Assembly: GCF_048593235.1 (NCBI RefSeq)
Contig: NC_133619.1
Span: 24,752,454 to 24,816,453, forward strand
DNA length: 64,000 nucleotides
Source: Sminthopsis crassicaudata
Lineage: Eukaryota
Direction of reading: 5' to 3'
The notes under the pieces are model-generated. The model did not search any database. It saw only the letters and a program-made list of their open reading frames with translations, and was not told the DNA's origin. This document shows, in pieces, positions 33,361 through 46,768 of the stretch; within the stretch, counting starts at the first letter, position 1; every line of letters begins with the position of its first letter. The translations under genes were made by a program, and so were the position numbers.

Positions 33361-35789
33361 TCCCCCCCCCCCAACCACTATCCAAAAAGAAAGGAAACAC
33401 AATTTCTACAGAAAAGCTTCTTGCTCCATCCTTCCCAGCACCTTGGAGAGCGATATATGGTCTGGCTATATGAGAAGGCAAATGTAGCTGCCCCAAATGC
33501 CTGCTTTTGCATGTACAAATGAGAATAGCCTCTGCACAACCCAGACTTGGAAAAACTCAAGCAGAGAAAAAAATAGCCAACCCACAGAGAAGGCTTGTTT
33601 GGACTAGCAGCAAACAGAAGTCCCAGGAGAAAGTACACACACTGGCTAGTGTGCCCATTTTCACCCTGGCTCTTGAATTCCTAGTTAGTCAACAAGGCCC
33701 TACTGAAAAATGAATGAGCTTTAATTTTTGTTCAGCCATATAGCTGCTCAGTCAGGCGGGATAAGAGATAATGAATCGCTGCAATGGGAAATTGATTTGT
33801 GTGCCCACAAATTCCTCACTTTGTTTATATTTCAGAAATGTGTAGATGTGTCAAGATGTCTTACTGAGGGGTTTTTTCAGCATCTTATCATAACAAAAGA
33901 GGATGTCTTGACTGCATCTGAGAAATGCAAATTTACTTTATCTTTAAGTGCCAGATATCTTATTGCCACACTACAATTCTAATATGAAAAAAATATATAT
34001 AATATTTTTGTCAAACCAGATAACGTAGCTAACAGCTGGAATACACAATGGAAGATCAAAACTATAAGCTTTTTGAGGATAGGCATTGTGTTGTTTTTCA
34101 TTCTTGTCTTCTCCCACTGTTTAGCATTATTAATTCAGCATCGATGATGTTAATATCATGAGCTTTTCCTTAATAATGCAAATTGAAATATTCCTATTAC
34201 TCACTAGCCACAAGATTCTTTGCTAATTTTGTGATTTGTGGACATACAAAAACATAAAGGATCTGTGGTTTTTATCAAGGTGGAAAAGTTCCCGGTCTAG
34301 GAATTCCTTTTACTGTAACAGCAACCTATCGATAACTTTGGATCAGTTGAATCACGATGCTTATTGATCACTTGATTGATTGATCTTATCCTGCTGATTA
34401 TTTAATATAGATGAAGAGAATAAGGTTCATAGAGAGGATTTATTCAAGGTCACACAAGTAATAAATAGCAAAGGATGTAAAATCAGTGCTCTTACCATTG
34501 GATTATGATGGACAAGGTGAATTTCTCAAGATTAGGTGGCTTAGTCAATGTCATATAATTAATAAGTGCCAAAGGCAAAGTTTCAACTCCAAATTTATCT
34601 CCCTATCTGAGCGACCATGCTTCTCCTACTTTAAATATGGTAGGTATTTTGTTTTTCTTATAATCAATCAAATAATTCAAGTCTAACAAGATAAAAATAT
34701 AAGATTTTAAAAGCTTGATAGAGATTGTAGTTCCAACATACATAGTATTTCCAGCTAACAGTCTGAACTACATATAGAGGTACTTGTTAAAATATTTAGC
34801 AATCTTTTCATAACTTCTAGTTTCTCCATATTCCTCTGAGTATGCAGCATAAGCATTAGTATCTCCCTTTTAGAAAGTAAGAAAATCAGACCCAGAAATG
34901 TTCTGACTTGTTCAAGATCTCTAGTGAGTGTCCAGATATTGAATTTCATTGACTATATCAAACTTTTTTCAATCAAAAATCATTCATCTTGCCCATCAAT
35001 TGAACCATTGTATATTTAAGGTAGAAGATGGTACACAGAAATAAATTTGGGTTTAGATTTTAAATATTGGCAGACTTTAAACATGCTAACTTGCCTTAGT
35101 TTACTAGAACAATATTCAAGCATGCCATGTGATATATAATACCAGATTTCAAAATTTCTTACTTTTTTTTTTCTGGGAACTATTAAAATGTTGTAAATTA
35201 TAAAAAAGTCAATATCAAGAAATGAATTATGTCATGTAAACATGACATAGTTAAATAGAATGGATTTAAAATTATCAAGTTCAAAAAGAATAAAAAACAA
35301 GTATACTCAAACTGGCAAGAGTAGCAGAGATTCTAGGTAGTTCAAGAGACCATACTGAAAGGAAGATGACATCTAAACAGTTTTGACATTGAAGGGCAGA
35401 ACCCTGGACGCCTCTATAAGAATACTGGAGATGCTATTCAATTAAATTCAGCAAGTATATTCAAAGCATCCGTTATATAAAAGCTCTGCAATGGGAGACA
35501 ATTTAAAGCTTACATAAGACATTTTTATGATTTATAGAGCTTAAGGTCTGGTAAGGCATGTGATACACAAAAAAGTAAAATGATAATACTTATAAAAAAT
35601 GTTATTGATGTCTCTTGATTTTATATCACCTTTGTTTTTTGATATATCCCACACATATACCTCTTCCAGAAAATTATCTTTTATAGCAAATAATAAAGAA
35701 AAAGGAGAGTTCAGCAAAACTAACCAGCACATCAACCAAATCCAACATTAAATATGATATTCTACATCTATAGTTTCCCACCTCTTCAA

Positions 35790-36800
35790 AAAAAAGGAAG
35801 TGATGAACATCCTAATAGCTATTGTTTGGAGCCAGTTTTGGTCCTCAAAATATCACAGAATTCAATTTTAATTACATTGTTATTATGTTATTGATTTGTG
35901 GGATATTGCTGTGGGCTTTGTGTATTATTTTCTTCGTTGTGCTTATTTCACTTTGCAAAAGTTCTTAATTCTCCTTATACTTCTCTATATTTATCATGGC
36001 CAGTAATCACTTCAAACATTTTTCAGGCATGCTGGACTTTTTAATGATCTCATTAAGGTTTTTCTAGGCCAAAGATGTTAGAGTGGCTTTGCTATTTCCC
36101 CCTCCAGATTACTTTAAATTGAGGAAACTGAGGGAAACAGGGCTAAGTGACTTACCCAGGGTCACACAGCTTATAAGTGTTTTAAGAACAGATTTGAACT
36201 CATGAAAATGAATCTTCCTAATGCTAGGCCTACCACTTTACCTACTGTGCCTCCTGTCCACCAAAGTAGTAATCTTCCCTCATATTCATGGTTCACTTCT
36301 ATGCCATTCACCAGTGGATGTGCATATACTTCTGGTTCTTTGTTACCATGAAAAGAATCTTTGAATATTTTGGTGAATGTGGAGACTTTTTTTTTCCTTC
36401 TGGGTGAGTGAGATCTCTGCATCAAAGAGTATAGTTATTTTAGGCAACATCTTAGCATATTTATAAATTGCTTTCCAGACTGACTTGATCATTCACCATT
36501 GTACCAACAGTAACACCTCCAACAGTCATTAGTCCAATCTTGTGTTTTTTATAAATTTATTCAGTATAAGGTCAACACTAGCATTATTTTAGCATAATGC
36601 TCATACCATTAATGATTTGGAATATTTGTTCAGAGGACTATTGATAGATTTTTTTTCTTTTAGGAGCAATTTGTTTCTGTATTTTTACCAACTATCCACT
36701 GATAAAAGGATCACATATTCTGTGTGATTCTGTATGATCATATTTCATTGTTAGATACTTGCATCACTTGATTTAAAATTCTTGTCAGCCACTTTTAGTG
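35790..36800 (-). mobile_element. Old L1 fragment with a SINE inserted at about 36000-36255
   Basis: ttcatggttcacttctatgccattcaccagtggatgtgcatatacttc...tgttaccatgaaaagaatctttgaatattttgg is L1-like in reverse. The SINE core gaggaaactgagg...aagtgacttacccagggtcacacagct lies inside it. Confidence 0.5.
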
Positions 36801-37099
36801 AAATTTAGTGAAAAAAATTAGTGAAAAAAAATTCTTAAATAAATCCTTAAGAAGTGTATATATATTAAGAAGTATAAACAATATGCTATATGAGTTTTAA
36901 GGATAATGACATATTTACCAAAGAGGAAGACTAGGGAAAGCTTCAGAGAGAAAGTAGCATTTGAACTGGATTTTATTTGGTCGATAGGATTCCAGCATGC
37001 AGTGAGGGACAGGACAAGGACATTCCAAGCCTCCATAATATGGGGAAGAAGGCACAAGAAAGTTAAGTGAGACATCAAGAACCCAGTCATTCAAGAAGA

Positions 37100-37775
37100 G
37101 ATAATGAACAAATGTTGAAAGGAATGTGGGAAAACCGGGACATTAATACATTGTTGGTAGAGTAGTTTTAAAATGATCCAACCATTCTGGAGAGCAATTT
37201 GGAACTATGGCCAAAGAGCTATAAAACTGCATACCCACAGTGTCACTATTGGGTCTGTATCCCAAAGAGATCATAAAAGAGGGGAAAGGACCCACATGTA
37301 CAAAAAATGTTTGTAGCAGCTCTTTTTGTAGTGGTGAGGAACTGGAACTTGAATGATGCCCACCAGGTGGGGAATGGCTGAATAAGTTATGAGATGTGAA
37401 CGTCATGGAATATAATTGCTCTATAAGAAATGATGAGCAGGCTGATTCCAGAAAAAAAGAGTTACATGAACTAATGCTGAGTGAAGTGAACAAGACCAAG
37501 AGAACATTGTATACAGCAACAACAAGAGTTTGTGATCATCAACTCTGATAGACTAGGCTCTTTGCAACAAGCTTGTGATTCAATATAATTCCAATAGATT
37601 CAGGGTGGAAAAAGCCATCTACATCCAAAGATAGAACTATGGAGACTGAATGTGTATCAAAGCATATGGATTTTCACTTTTTTGATTGTTTGTTTTCTTT
37701 TTCATGTTTACCCCTTTTTGGTATGATTTTTCTTGTACAACATGACAAATATATATTTTTAAAAGGTCTAGACAC
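37100..37775 (+). mobile_element. L1 3' fragment (ORF2 end + 3' UTR)
   Basis: gaatgtgggaaaaccgggacattaatacattgttgg...gagcaatttggaactatggccaaagagctataaaactgcatacc...cccaaagagatcataaaagaggggaaaggacccacatgtac. Confidence 0.85.
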
Positions 37776-39229
37776 ATGTGGAGGGAAATTGTATGGGATA
37801 AAGTTATAAAGGTCATATAAGTGGCCTGGGCTTGGGAAGGGTTTTGAATGAGATTCCAAGGAGTCTGAATTTTCTTCAGCAGAAGCAACCAAGAACTAAC
37901 GCAAAATTAGAAGTATCAGAATAAAATCAAGAGAAAGTTGAAGTTGATATCAGAAGACCTGGGTTCAAATGTTTTCTCATACCATTTTGTACTACTCGAT
38001 TATAACATAAGTAGACTAAATCCAATGATTTCTAAGATGTCTTACAGTTCAGACATTTTATGAGTTTTTTTACCCAGAATTATCCATATTGGAGAGAGAT
38101 GTCAAGGCCCCTTCTCTATCCCAAATTGGATAGAGATGTCAAGATCTGTTTGTGTGTGTATTCCCAAAAGCAATCAGGGGGCAGTTGGCTTGGAGTCAAG
38201 GGAATCTGAGTTCAATTCAAGGAATATTGTCATACTTTCTTCTTCTACAGAAGGCCCCTGCCTTCCCTTTTTCCTTCTGTTCTATCTAATTCCTGGAATT
38301 CCCTGACTTTCTAAAGGTCTTGAAATCTGGATTCAGAATTATGCCATGCAAAACTTAAGGCATTGCTTATGACTTAGGGAAGTAATAATAATAAAGCATA
38401 CTGTAAACTCTGAGTAAGGAGAACACTAACTTCTTTTCAAAGTTCAAGAAACCAATCAAACTTTCTCCAGGGAGCTAATTATGTCTCCTTCCTCAATTTT
38501 AGTTTGACTATCAGTCCCAGCAGTATCTCTAGAGTTGTTAAGCAGCTAATCCTGAATACAGGCACTACTATTTGTGAGGCTGCTCCACATTACTAATGAA
38601 AATAGTAACTACTCACTAACTCATTGAATAGAAAAGCTATTGCTTTTTACAGCACACAAGTACATGCTTAACAAATATTTCTTAGAGTGAGAAGGCAACT
38701 GAAGGAACTCAGATATCTCTTGCCTGGAATTTTCACTAAATTATTTTCTTTTCACTAAATTATTCTAATATATGAACACATCTACATCCCATAGTTTTGG
38801 TGGCTTGGGAACTAGTTCCATTGATGTAAATCATGTGAATTACAATATAAGTTTAAAAGGAAGAAGCAATAGTATATAGTGGAAAGAACACTGGAAAAGA
38901 TTTAAGTATCAGTGATGGCAATAACTCTGTGGTCCAAAGCAAATCACAAGCTCTCTAAAATTCATTTCTATCATCTGAAAGGAAGATTTGAGTAATAACT
39001 GAATTTATTAGTCTTTCTCAGCTCCAAAATATTACACTTCTACTCTTCTTTAGTGATTCTCATAATAAACAGCTTTTTAAAAATGTGAAAACTTAGTCAA
39101 ATTGAATCTGTACATTTAAAAGCTCTTTCTCCACTCTATGTAAAAGGTGGAGAGATGCTATATGAGATATTGTATATTAAGACAATTGTCAGGCAGATGA
39201 ATTTGTGTTTCTTGTTTCCTGAACCTCAA

Positions 39230-39706
39230 ATCTGAACAGCATCACTGCTACTCCTGGTTTCTGAATCTTCTCCCTTCTCAGTAAATCACCAAGGGCATCT
39301 TTTCCAAGAAAGACAATGCCATCAATGTTTTGGGCACTGAGCAAATGCCCTTCTCACTTTGCTCTAGATTTGTGACCTAAAGCTAGATAGTGGGTAAGAA
39401 AGCTGCCAGCTGGAAGCCGTCCCCATTGCAATGCTCTGGTTTTGGTCCAGAAGTGCCCATATCTGGTATGGGACCACTTTTTGTGCTAGTGTGCAGCTTC
39501 TCCCTGGGCACTGTCCCCATTGTCTGCAAACCTCACTGTCTTTCTCCCTATGCTAACCTGGGCCAGACAAAGGACTCACTGTGACTTTTTCTGGACGTTT
39601 CTATTAGGATTCAATTTACTGTGTTTTATAGATCTGTTTGGAGGAGAGGTAGACAGAAGCTCAACTTCATTACTTCCCTCTACTCTGCCAATTTTGTTTG
39701 GCTCCC
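39230..39706 (-). mobile_element. L1 5' UTR fragment
   Basis: Ends ctctgccaattttgtttggctccc, resembling the reverse complement of an L1 start. GC-richer than its flanks. Confidence 0.5.
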
Positions 39707-42499
39707 GTTAGTCTGTATTTATGAGATTGACTTGGATCCTCATTTGAGGAAGTGCTCATATTGGTCAACTTTGATTCCAGTTCTGGCTATATTTGGACTT
39801 TAAGCATCATACTTCAGTTAGTCTTACCCTGGAATGTCTTTCAGTGTCTGGATAATCCCACTGCCATGTCAGCCCCTTTCTCTCACAGATACCTACTCAA
39901 CCTAGCTCTTCTCTCTGCTAGCATTTCAGCTCCCTTTTGTGTTCTCTCTTTCTACATTAGAAATTAAACTCCATGAGGGCAAAGAAATGTCTTTCTTTTT
40001 TTATTATTTGTATTCATAGTACAAAGCACAGTAACTAGGACAGTAGAACAATTTGTTCATTGATCTACATATAAGCTCCAATGTCCTACCTCTCAAGATC
40101 TATTTGAATTCTGACTCCCATTCCCTCCATGATAAATTTGAGATTTTTAAAAAAAAATCATCATCTCTTCTTGTTTATATAGTATGTACTCTCCTCCAAA
40201 GGAATTATCACAGATTATAACACTTGTTAACAATCCTTACCAGAATATTCTCAACCATACACATCTCCTCCACTTAGTTCAACTTTCTATGCTATCTACA
40301 TGATAGCAAAACCAGATTTTTTTAGTATCCATATATATATTTTGCATCTTTTAGATATATGTCTTTAGAACAAAAATAAAGTTGTAGCTTCTAGCAAGAA
40401 TAATTAATCTTTCCCTGAGCTCTTAGTTCACATTGGTATTATACCTAGGGAGTCTCAGTGCAAGCTATTATTTAAATCCTAGTTTTACTGGTATGTAGAG
40501 AAAAGACAGCTTCATTTTATGACCAACTCTATATACTTCTCATGGAAATCATGGTCTTGCAAATATTTAGTGAACTTGATAAATTCACATCTCAAGACCC
40601 CAAATTCATCTGATTTGTTCAGAGAAAGGCCTTTCCTACATCCAAAAGAAAATAATCTCAAATATATGCAAGTATAAATATAAAGAGAGATAGATAGACA
40701 GACAGGCAGATAGATATAGAAGTACTTTGATCATTCTCCCTCATATAACTTTGTAATCACATTTATATTTATAGCTATATATTTGTAGATATATAGATAT
40801 AGTCATATAGATAGATAGATATTTAAGGCAGAAAAAATCTTGTTAAATTAACTATTAAGCCAATGAAAAACAGAAACAGTAGCTTGCTTCCCACTCCATA
40901 TCCACTCCTATTACCCCAAAACATAAGTTCCTCAAATACAAGGACTGTTTTTTGTTCTCATTCTTGTTTTTGTTTTTGCCTTTGTTTTTGTTTTTCATGT
41001 TTGTTCTTTCGTTAACTAATAAATATCAGGAAATTATTAAATGTTTTTGAATGAATGAATGAAAAAAAAATTAACTCTTCAGTCTGACATAAACCAAATA
41101 TGTGTATATACATGTATATGTGCATATGTGTGCACATGCTTGTGAGTCTGTGTGTGTGTTTATTCCCAAAGGCAATCAAGTGGTGCAGTGGATAGTATGT
41201 TGGCTTGGAGTCAAGGAAATCTGAGTTCAATTCAGCCTTAGACATGAAATAGCGCTATGAGCTTGGTCATATCACTATATCTCTGTTTGCCTTTTTTCTT
41301 CAAATTAAAATAAGTATAGTAATAGCATCTAATTATGATTATTGTGAGGATCCAATGAGATAATATTTATGAAGTACTTAGCACAGTACTTGACATAGTC
41401 AGTGCTTTTTAGGTGCTAGCTATTACTGGTTTTTTGGTGTTTCTATTCAGAAAACAAGCTGAAAAAAAAAAGTTGACCCATTAGAATTCTGCTAAAATTC
41501 TATTTAGGCTGTAGTCAGGCTTTTTTTTTTTTTTGGTTGTGTTTTATTCAAGAAAAACAACATAGAAATTAAATTGCAATTTTATAATTTTAAGCAGATG
41601 GTTACAGCTTGGGACACCTTTTTTCCCCTTCTTTGCACAAAGGAAATAAAAGTGTGTGCAGGTTAATTAGTAGCACTTCTGACTTGAAATGTAGGTGCCT
41701 GAGGCTTAGCGGATCATTAAGAGATTTGCTCTGCTTCTTCTCTGGACAGATTATTGGAAACATTGGAGGGTGATTTTTTTTTCTCCTATCCTTAACTTTG
41801 CTAGTGTGTCAATTTGATCTCCTGAAGTTGTTAAATCTGTCTGTGCTCCTGGTAAACTAAAAACAAACTTGCATTTAATCTGGCAGCCTGTTCTAGCATA
41901 TGTGCTTTTGCTCTTCTGTGAATTTATCATCCCTTCTTTGGCATCTCTTTTCTCCTGAGTGCCTTCTCTGCTTCCTTTCCTTATTTCCTTTTTTCTAAGA
42001 ATCCTTTTCAATGATTCTAGCTAAATAGACAAGCTTTTTCTGGTATCAATTTATCAATGTGTGGTCATAACCCCAAGCTCAACTAGCATAGAGTTCATTT
42101 TTAATGGTCCCAATCCATGATTCCATTAGGGCACCCCACATATGAATACACTTCACCAAATCAGAACAGTAATTTGTCTGCAACCTGGAGCATCACAAGA
42201 TTAAGTCACAGTCAATCTATGTCTAAGACAAGATTTTAACTCAGCTCTTCCTGACTACAAAAGAATTCTTGTATCCAGTATCCCCTGTTCCTCTGACACT
42301 CATGATAACAGAATGAACAACAAAAGCAATAATAACTGCCATTTACAGAATTTTTTAAGGCTTAAAAAACACTTTCCCTATATTATCTCACTTAAGCCTT
42401 ATGACTATATTATGAAGAAAGTACTAATTTTGTCCCTGTTTTGCAGAAAAGAAAACAGCCTCAAAAAACTTATGATTGTGTCAATGTGATATGGCAGTC

Positions 42500-43030
42500 C
42501 ACACAGTTAATGTTATCTTGGGCTCTGAGAAGGGAAAAGCTTATAATAGCATGCTGTCCTTTGTCCTGATCTGAACATATTAGAAATATTGGGTTCTGTC
42601 TGGAACACTCCATTTTAAGGGCATTGATAAGTGGGATGGCAACAAGAAGAGTTGGTCAAGGATGGTGGAGGGCACGAGGCACTATTTAACCTGGAGAAGA
42701 AATGACTTAGGAGATACTGATCACTTTCTTTGAGCATTTTTAAAGACTTCTACATAAAAAGGATTAGGCTGGTTTCACTTCATCCCAGAAAACAAAAGTC
42801 TGGACAATAGGTTAAGATGTAAAGAAAGACAGAAAATTTAGACTTGATGTAAGAAAAGATATTTCTTAACAGCTAATGCTCTCCCAAAGTCAAGTGGAAC
42901 ATCACGGGGATATAGTCTTCAGACAGAAGATGAATGGCAGCTTGTCAGGTATATTGAAGAAAAGATTCTATTTTTATTGTGGAAGAGTCGGTCCTTAAAA
43001 TTACTTTCAACTATGAAATTCTGTGATTTT
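42500..43030 (+). mobile_element. CR1/L3 LINE 3' fragment
   Basis: tagaaatattgggttctgtctggaacactccattttaagggcattgataag...tttaacctggagaagaaatgacttagg...ctatgaaattctgtgatttt. Same family as 51725-52195. Confidence 0.7.
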
Positions 43031-43389
43031 GTGATTCAAAATAATCTCATGGGCTTATTCACAATATCACTGTAAGAATGTGTCCCCCTTTGAGAGACCT
43101 CATTAGAGAATTATGAGAACATTCGGTCACACTTTCTTTTACTTAGTAATCATGAAAGGCTTTGCTTTGTTATGTTGAAGACTGATTGGTTCAGGACTGT
43201 GATTTCTGATGACTCATGCAACTAGAAACATCATCAACTTGAGCATTTTCAGCTAGTGCATTGTGTCACTCCCATGTATATACCCCATTCATTCAAAAAT
43301 GGCTTCCTAGACAGGAATAAGGCCAAAAAAGGATTTACAGTAACAAGAGACTCTACAGCAAGGCTTCTTTTATTTTATGGGAAAGATAG

Positions 43390-43545
43390 ATGAATTTGAT
43401 TTTTAACATGATAATTATATTTCAAAATAATTTATTTCCCTTATAATCCAATGTATTTTAGTTTACGCATTTAAAAAAGGTTTTTCTGAGAAGAGGCCTA
43501 TAGCCTTGCCAAAAAGGACATAGGAAGGGTTAAGAACTTTTGACC
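43390..43545. mobile_element. Probable hAT-Charlie-type MITE fragment
   Basis: tttcccttataatccaatgtattttagtttacgcatttaaaaaagg...ctgagaagagg...gggttaagaac resembles a recalled ancient MER-type hAT element. Family not assigned. Confidence 0.45.
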
Positions 43546-44391
43546 TAATCCATATTTTTATAATGAACATTATACCCTTGATCAACCAACCGTGCATCTA
43601 CCACTTAAGGAAAAACAATAAGATCTCGTCAAAAACCGATGCTTGTTCCATTGTATTATTGAATCTCTGCCACTAAACTCCCTCCAGGAAAAAAAAAATA
43701 TTCCTGTTGAATATCCAGGACAAGTTATTTTAATCAACCAGATGGGGAACATTGTGGAACGGGATAGTGAAAGCTGGAACTGGAGTGTCAGGACGTGTGT
43801 TCAAATCCCAACACAGTCAGCTACAACCTTAGCAACTATCATCCATCTCTGACTTAATTTCCCCATTTGTAAAGTGATGGCTTGGACTTCAGGAACTCTA
43901 AGGTCTCTTTAAGCTTTGAATCCTGAATGTGATAGTTATATGACTTGAGGTTCTTGGATCAAATCTGAATCCTGAATTAATAACAGAATCAAAGAATTTG
44001 AGAGTTGTTTTTTTTTCAAATTTTGGAGTTGGAAAAAACCTCAGTAGTGATCTGCCATAATCAAGAGCTGACCAAGAATCCTCTATCCATTTCTAACAAG
44101 TAGAGATTAAGCTTTTGCTCAAAGAAGTCAGATAAAGAGAAGTTCAGTACCTTTTCTGATGACTCATTTCACTCTGGCCAGCTCAAGTACTTAGAGGCTT
44201 TCTCTCCCTTAAATCAAATCTCAATTTGCACTTCTTGCTCTTTCTTCTTTCTTTTGGGTCAAGGGAGGAATAAATGAGGTATGGAGAAAAAGAGTACTCT
44301 AAAGTATCTTAGAAGATCTGATATTACCTGCATAATATCAGAGAAATCATAAACTCTCTGGGTCTCAATTTCCTTTAAAAATGGACAATTT

Positions 44392-44536
44392 GGGGCAATT
44401 AGGTAGCACAGTAGTTAGAGCACCAGCCCTGAAGTCAGGAGAACCTGAGTTCAAATCTGGCCTCAGACACTTAATACTTATTAGCTGTGTGATCCTGAGC
44501 AAATCACTTGATCCCAATTGCCTCAGGAAAAAAAAG
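44392..44536 (+). mobile_element. WSINE1-type SINE, full length
   Basis: ggggcaattaggtagcacagtagttagagcaccagccctgaagtcaggagaacctgagttcaaatctggcctcagacac...cccaattgcctcagg-A tail. Confidence 0.85.
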
Positions 44537-46519
44537 GGGGAATTTAGACTTTTTGATCTTGAAGGTCTCTTTTCTCTTTATAATTGTGATCTCAAAAGTC
44601 TAGGCCTTTTTTTACCAAACAATCCTTACTTTACTTGAAAAGAGTTATCATGTCTTCATTAGACCTCCTCTTCCCTACTAATCCTCATACAGAATTATCT
44701 TTAAGCCCTTCCCTCTCCTTACTGCTCATTCAAGTTATGAATGTTATTTTTTCAAAATACACTGAACTAAATCCAATTCTCCAGACGAGAACTGACCCAA
44801 TCAGAATTCAATGGAGCTTTCATCTCTCTTATCCTGGTAACTGTACTGCTCTTAATATAACCTAATTTTCAATTAACTTTTGGCCAAGCCTCTTATACTA
44901 TTATTGACTCAGATTGAGCTGATAGATCACTAATTCCCAAATCTTTATTGTTGCTGTTTTTGATCTGCTGTAAACTCAATCATTTTAAACTTAGGTGAAA
45001 GGTTATGAATTTATCTCTATTCAATTCATTTTATTAGATTTATGCCAACTTCCTAACCCAGCCAAGAACGTTTGTTTTTAGCTCTCCCTCCCAAGTTTTG
45101 TGTCTTCTACATGTTTATTAAGTATATATTTTGTTCATCTAGACAAATCACAGTGAATTCATCAACAAATACAAGGACACCAATTCGTATTCTAATTACT
45201 AATTAGTAAGACATTTAAGTGAAAGGATGATGGCCTGAATTCAGCTGTTTCCCATTGGAAAGATGAAGCTCAAATTCCTCTTTCTATCTGTACTTGGTCT
45301 AGATGAGATTATATGTAAACCAGCCTACTACCCATAAGCCTTAGAATTAGTGGCAAAGGATCTTTAACTAGAATGGTTTTTCATAAGAATCTTGTCATAT
45401 TAGGATGAAGAAAGTTGACCAAGAATCATCTCTAAATTATCAAGCTAGTTGAGAAGTTATTGATTTCTAGAGAAAGTATGTAGCACCTCTAATGTAGAGG
45501 GGTGGGGAAAAAGTGGGGCAGGTTTCCAGGTTTCCTTCTTTCCTCCACCTTTGACCAGAAGAGGATTCTTTGAACTTATCCTATCCATAGGATATTAACC
45601 CTTCTCTCTCCCCATTATTTTCTGATGGTATCTCTCAATCCACTTATGGTGGCATTTATATTGGGAATCAAGAAGAAATTGGATTTATAGATCTACAAGG
45701 ATCCTTATATTATATAGAGATCACACTAATCCTACAGATCAAAAAGGATCTTTGTAAAGAGACTTTGTATAGAGATCATACTAGTCCCAAGGAAAACTTG
45801 TTGAGCACCTGATAAATGGATGTGAGGAAGACTTCATGCAATCAAGAACTAAATGTTACTCTTGCCACATGTATTCTCTAAACTTCTATTCACTTTCCTC
45901 TGGATTCCATATACATTTGTGGGAAAATTTGTCAGAGATATTTGGGGGAATTTTTGTACCAACTGGGCATATAGTAAATATTCTTTTCTAAAAGCTACTT
46001 AATATTAACCAGATGATCAATTAATTCTAAATTGATTATTAAATGAATGGCTCTCTGGCCATAATATAGGAGACAGTTGAATTTAGGACTTCAAAGGAAA
46101 CAGCAGAAAAGGTAGTTTAAAAATTTTTAAAGTAAATAACAGAAGGTCTAATAACACCTCCAAAATATGCCTGATCTGAGTGTAGGCTTCCATACTTTGT
46201 GTTGCAGCTTGGCTGAGGAAAACAATTGGCAGAGAAGTGTAGCTGAGAAGGTTAAAGACAAGGGTCATGACTACTTCCTGAGAAATCTGGCCAAGAAGAA
46301 TTATAGATTTCTCTTCTGAAGAGAAAATTATAAATAACACTCACCTTCAGGAGGGGAAGTATAAGTTGCAAGCAGCTATAAAACAACTTGAAATCTTACA
46401 AAGGGAAGGTCGGGCAATGCAAAGAGTAGAATGATAGGGCAGAGGCAAGCAAATGTACCCTCTCTCCATTCTAGGCTTATCAACCTCTAGGTAGTGATGG
46501 TGGTGGTAGCGTGGATAGT

Positions 46520-46768
46520 CAGTGTTTTTAAATTGTGTCTGACTCTTTGTGACCCCTTTTGGAGTTTCCTTGGCAAAAATACAGGAGTGCTTTGCCATCT
46601 CCTTCTCCAGCTCATTTTACTGATGAAGAAACTGTGGCATATAGCACTAAGTGACTTGCTTAGGGTCACACAGCTAGCAAATATCTGAGGACAGATCTGA
46701 ACTGACAAAGATGAGTTTTCATGATTTCAGACTCAATAAGTACTCTATCTATTGCACTATTTAAATGG
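46520..46768 (-). mobile_element. MAR1-like CORE-SINE
   Basis: tgtgtctgactctttgtgacccc...cttggcaaaaatacaggagtgctttgccatctccttctccagctcattttac (RTE tail + CORE). Confidence 0.8.

Noticed and set aside
26763-33496. Long ORFs of 200-426 aa (also at 20756 and 57738-58253)
   Set aside because: Artefacts of N runs translated as X and of purine/pyrimidine low-complexity tracts.
36791-38765. ttagtgaaa x3 (about 36795-36830) and its reverse complement tttcactaa x2 (about 38730-38760)
   Set aside because: Short AT-rich slippage duplications with no extended inverted homology.
45242-45254. CAGCTG directly followed by TTTCCCA (PTF1 E-box + TC-box), and CACCTG-N11-TTTCCCA near 24923
   Set aside because: Functional PTF1 sites need the two boxes one or two helical turns apart (about 4-5 or 15 bp spacer). 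Spacers of 0 and 11 do not fit.
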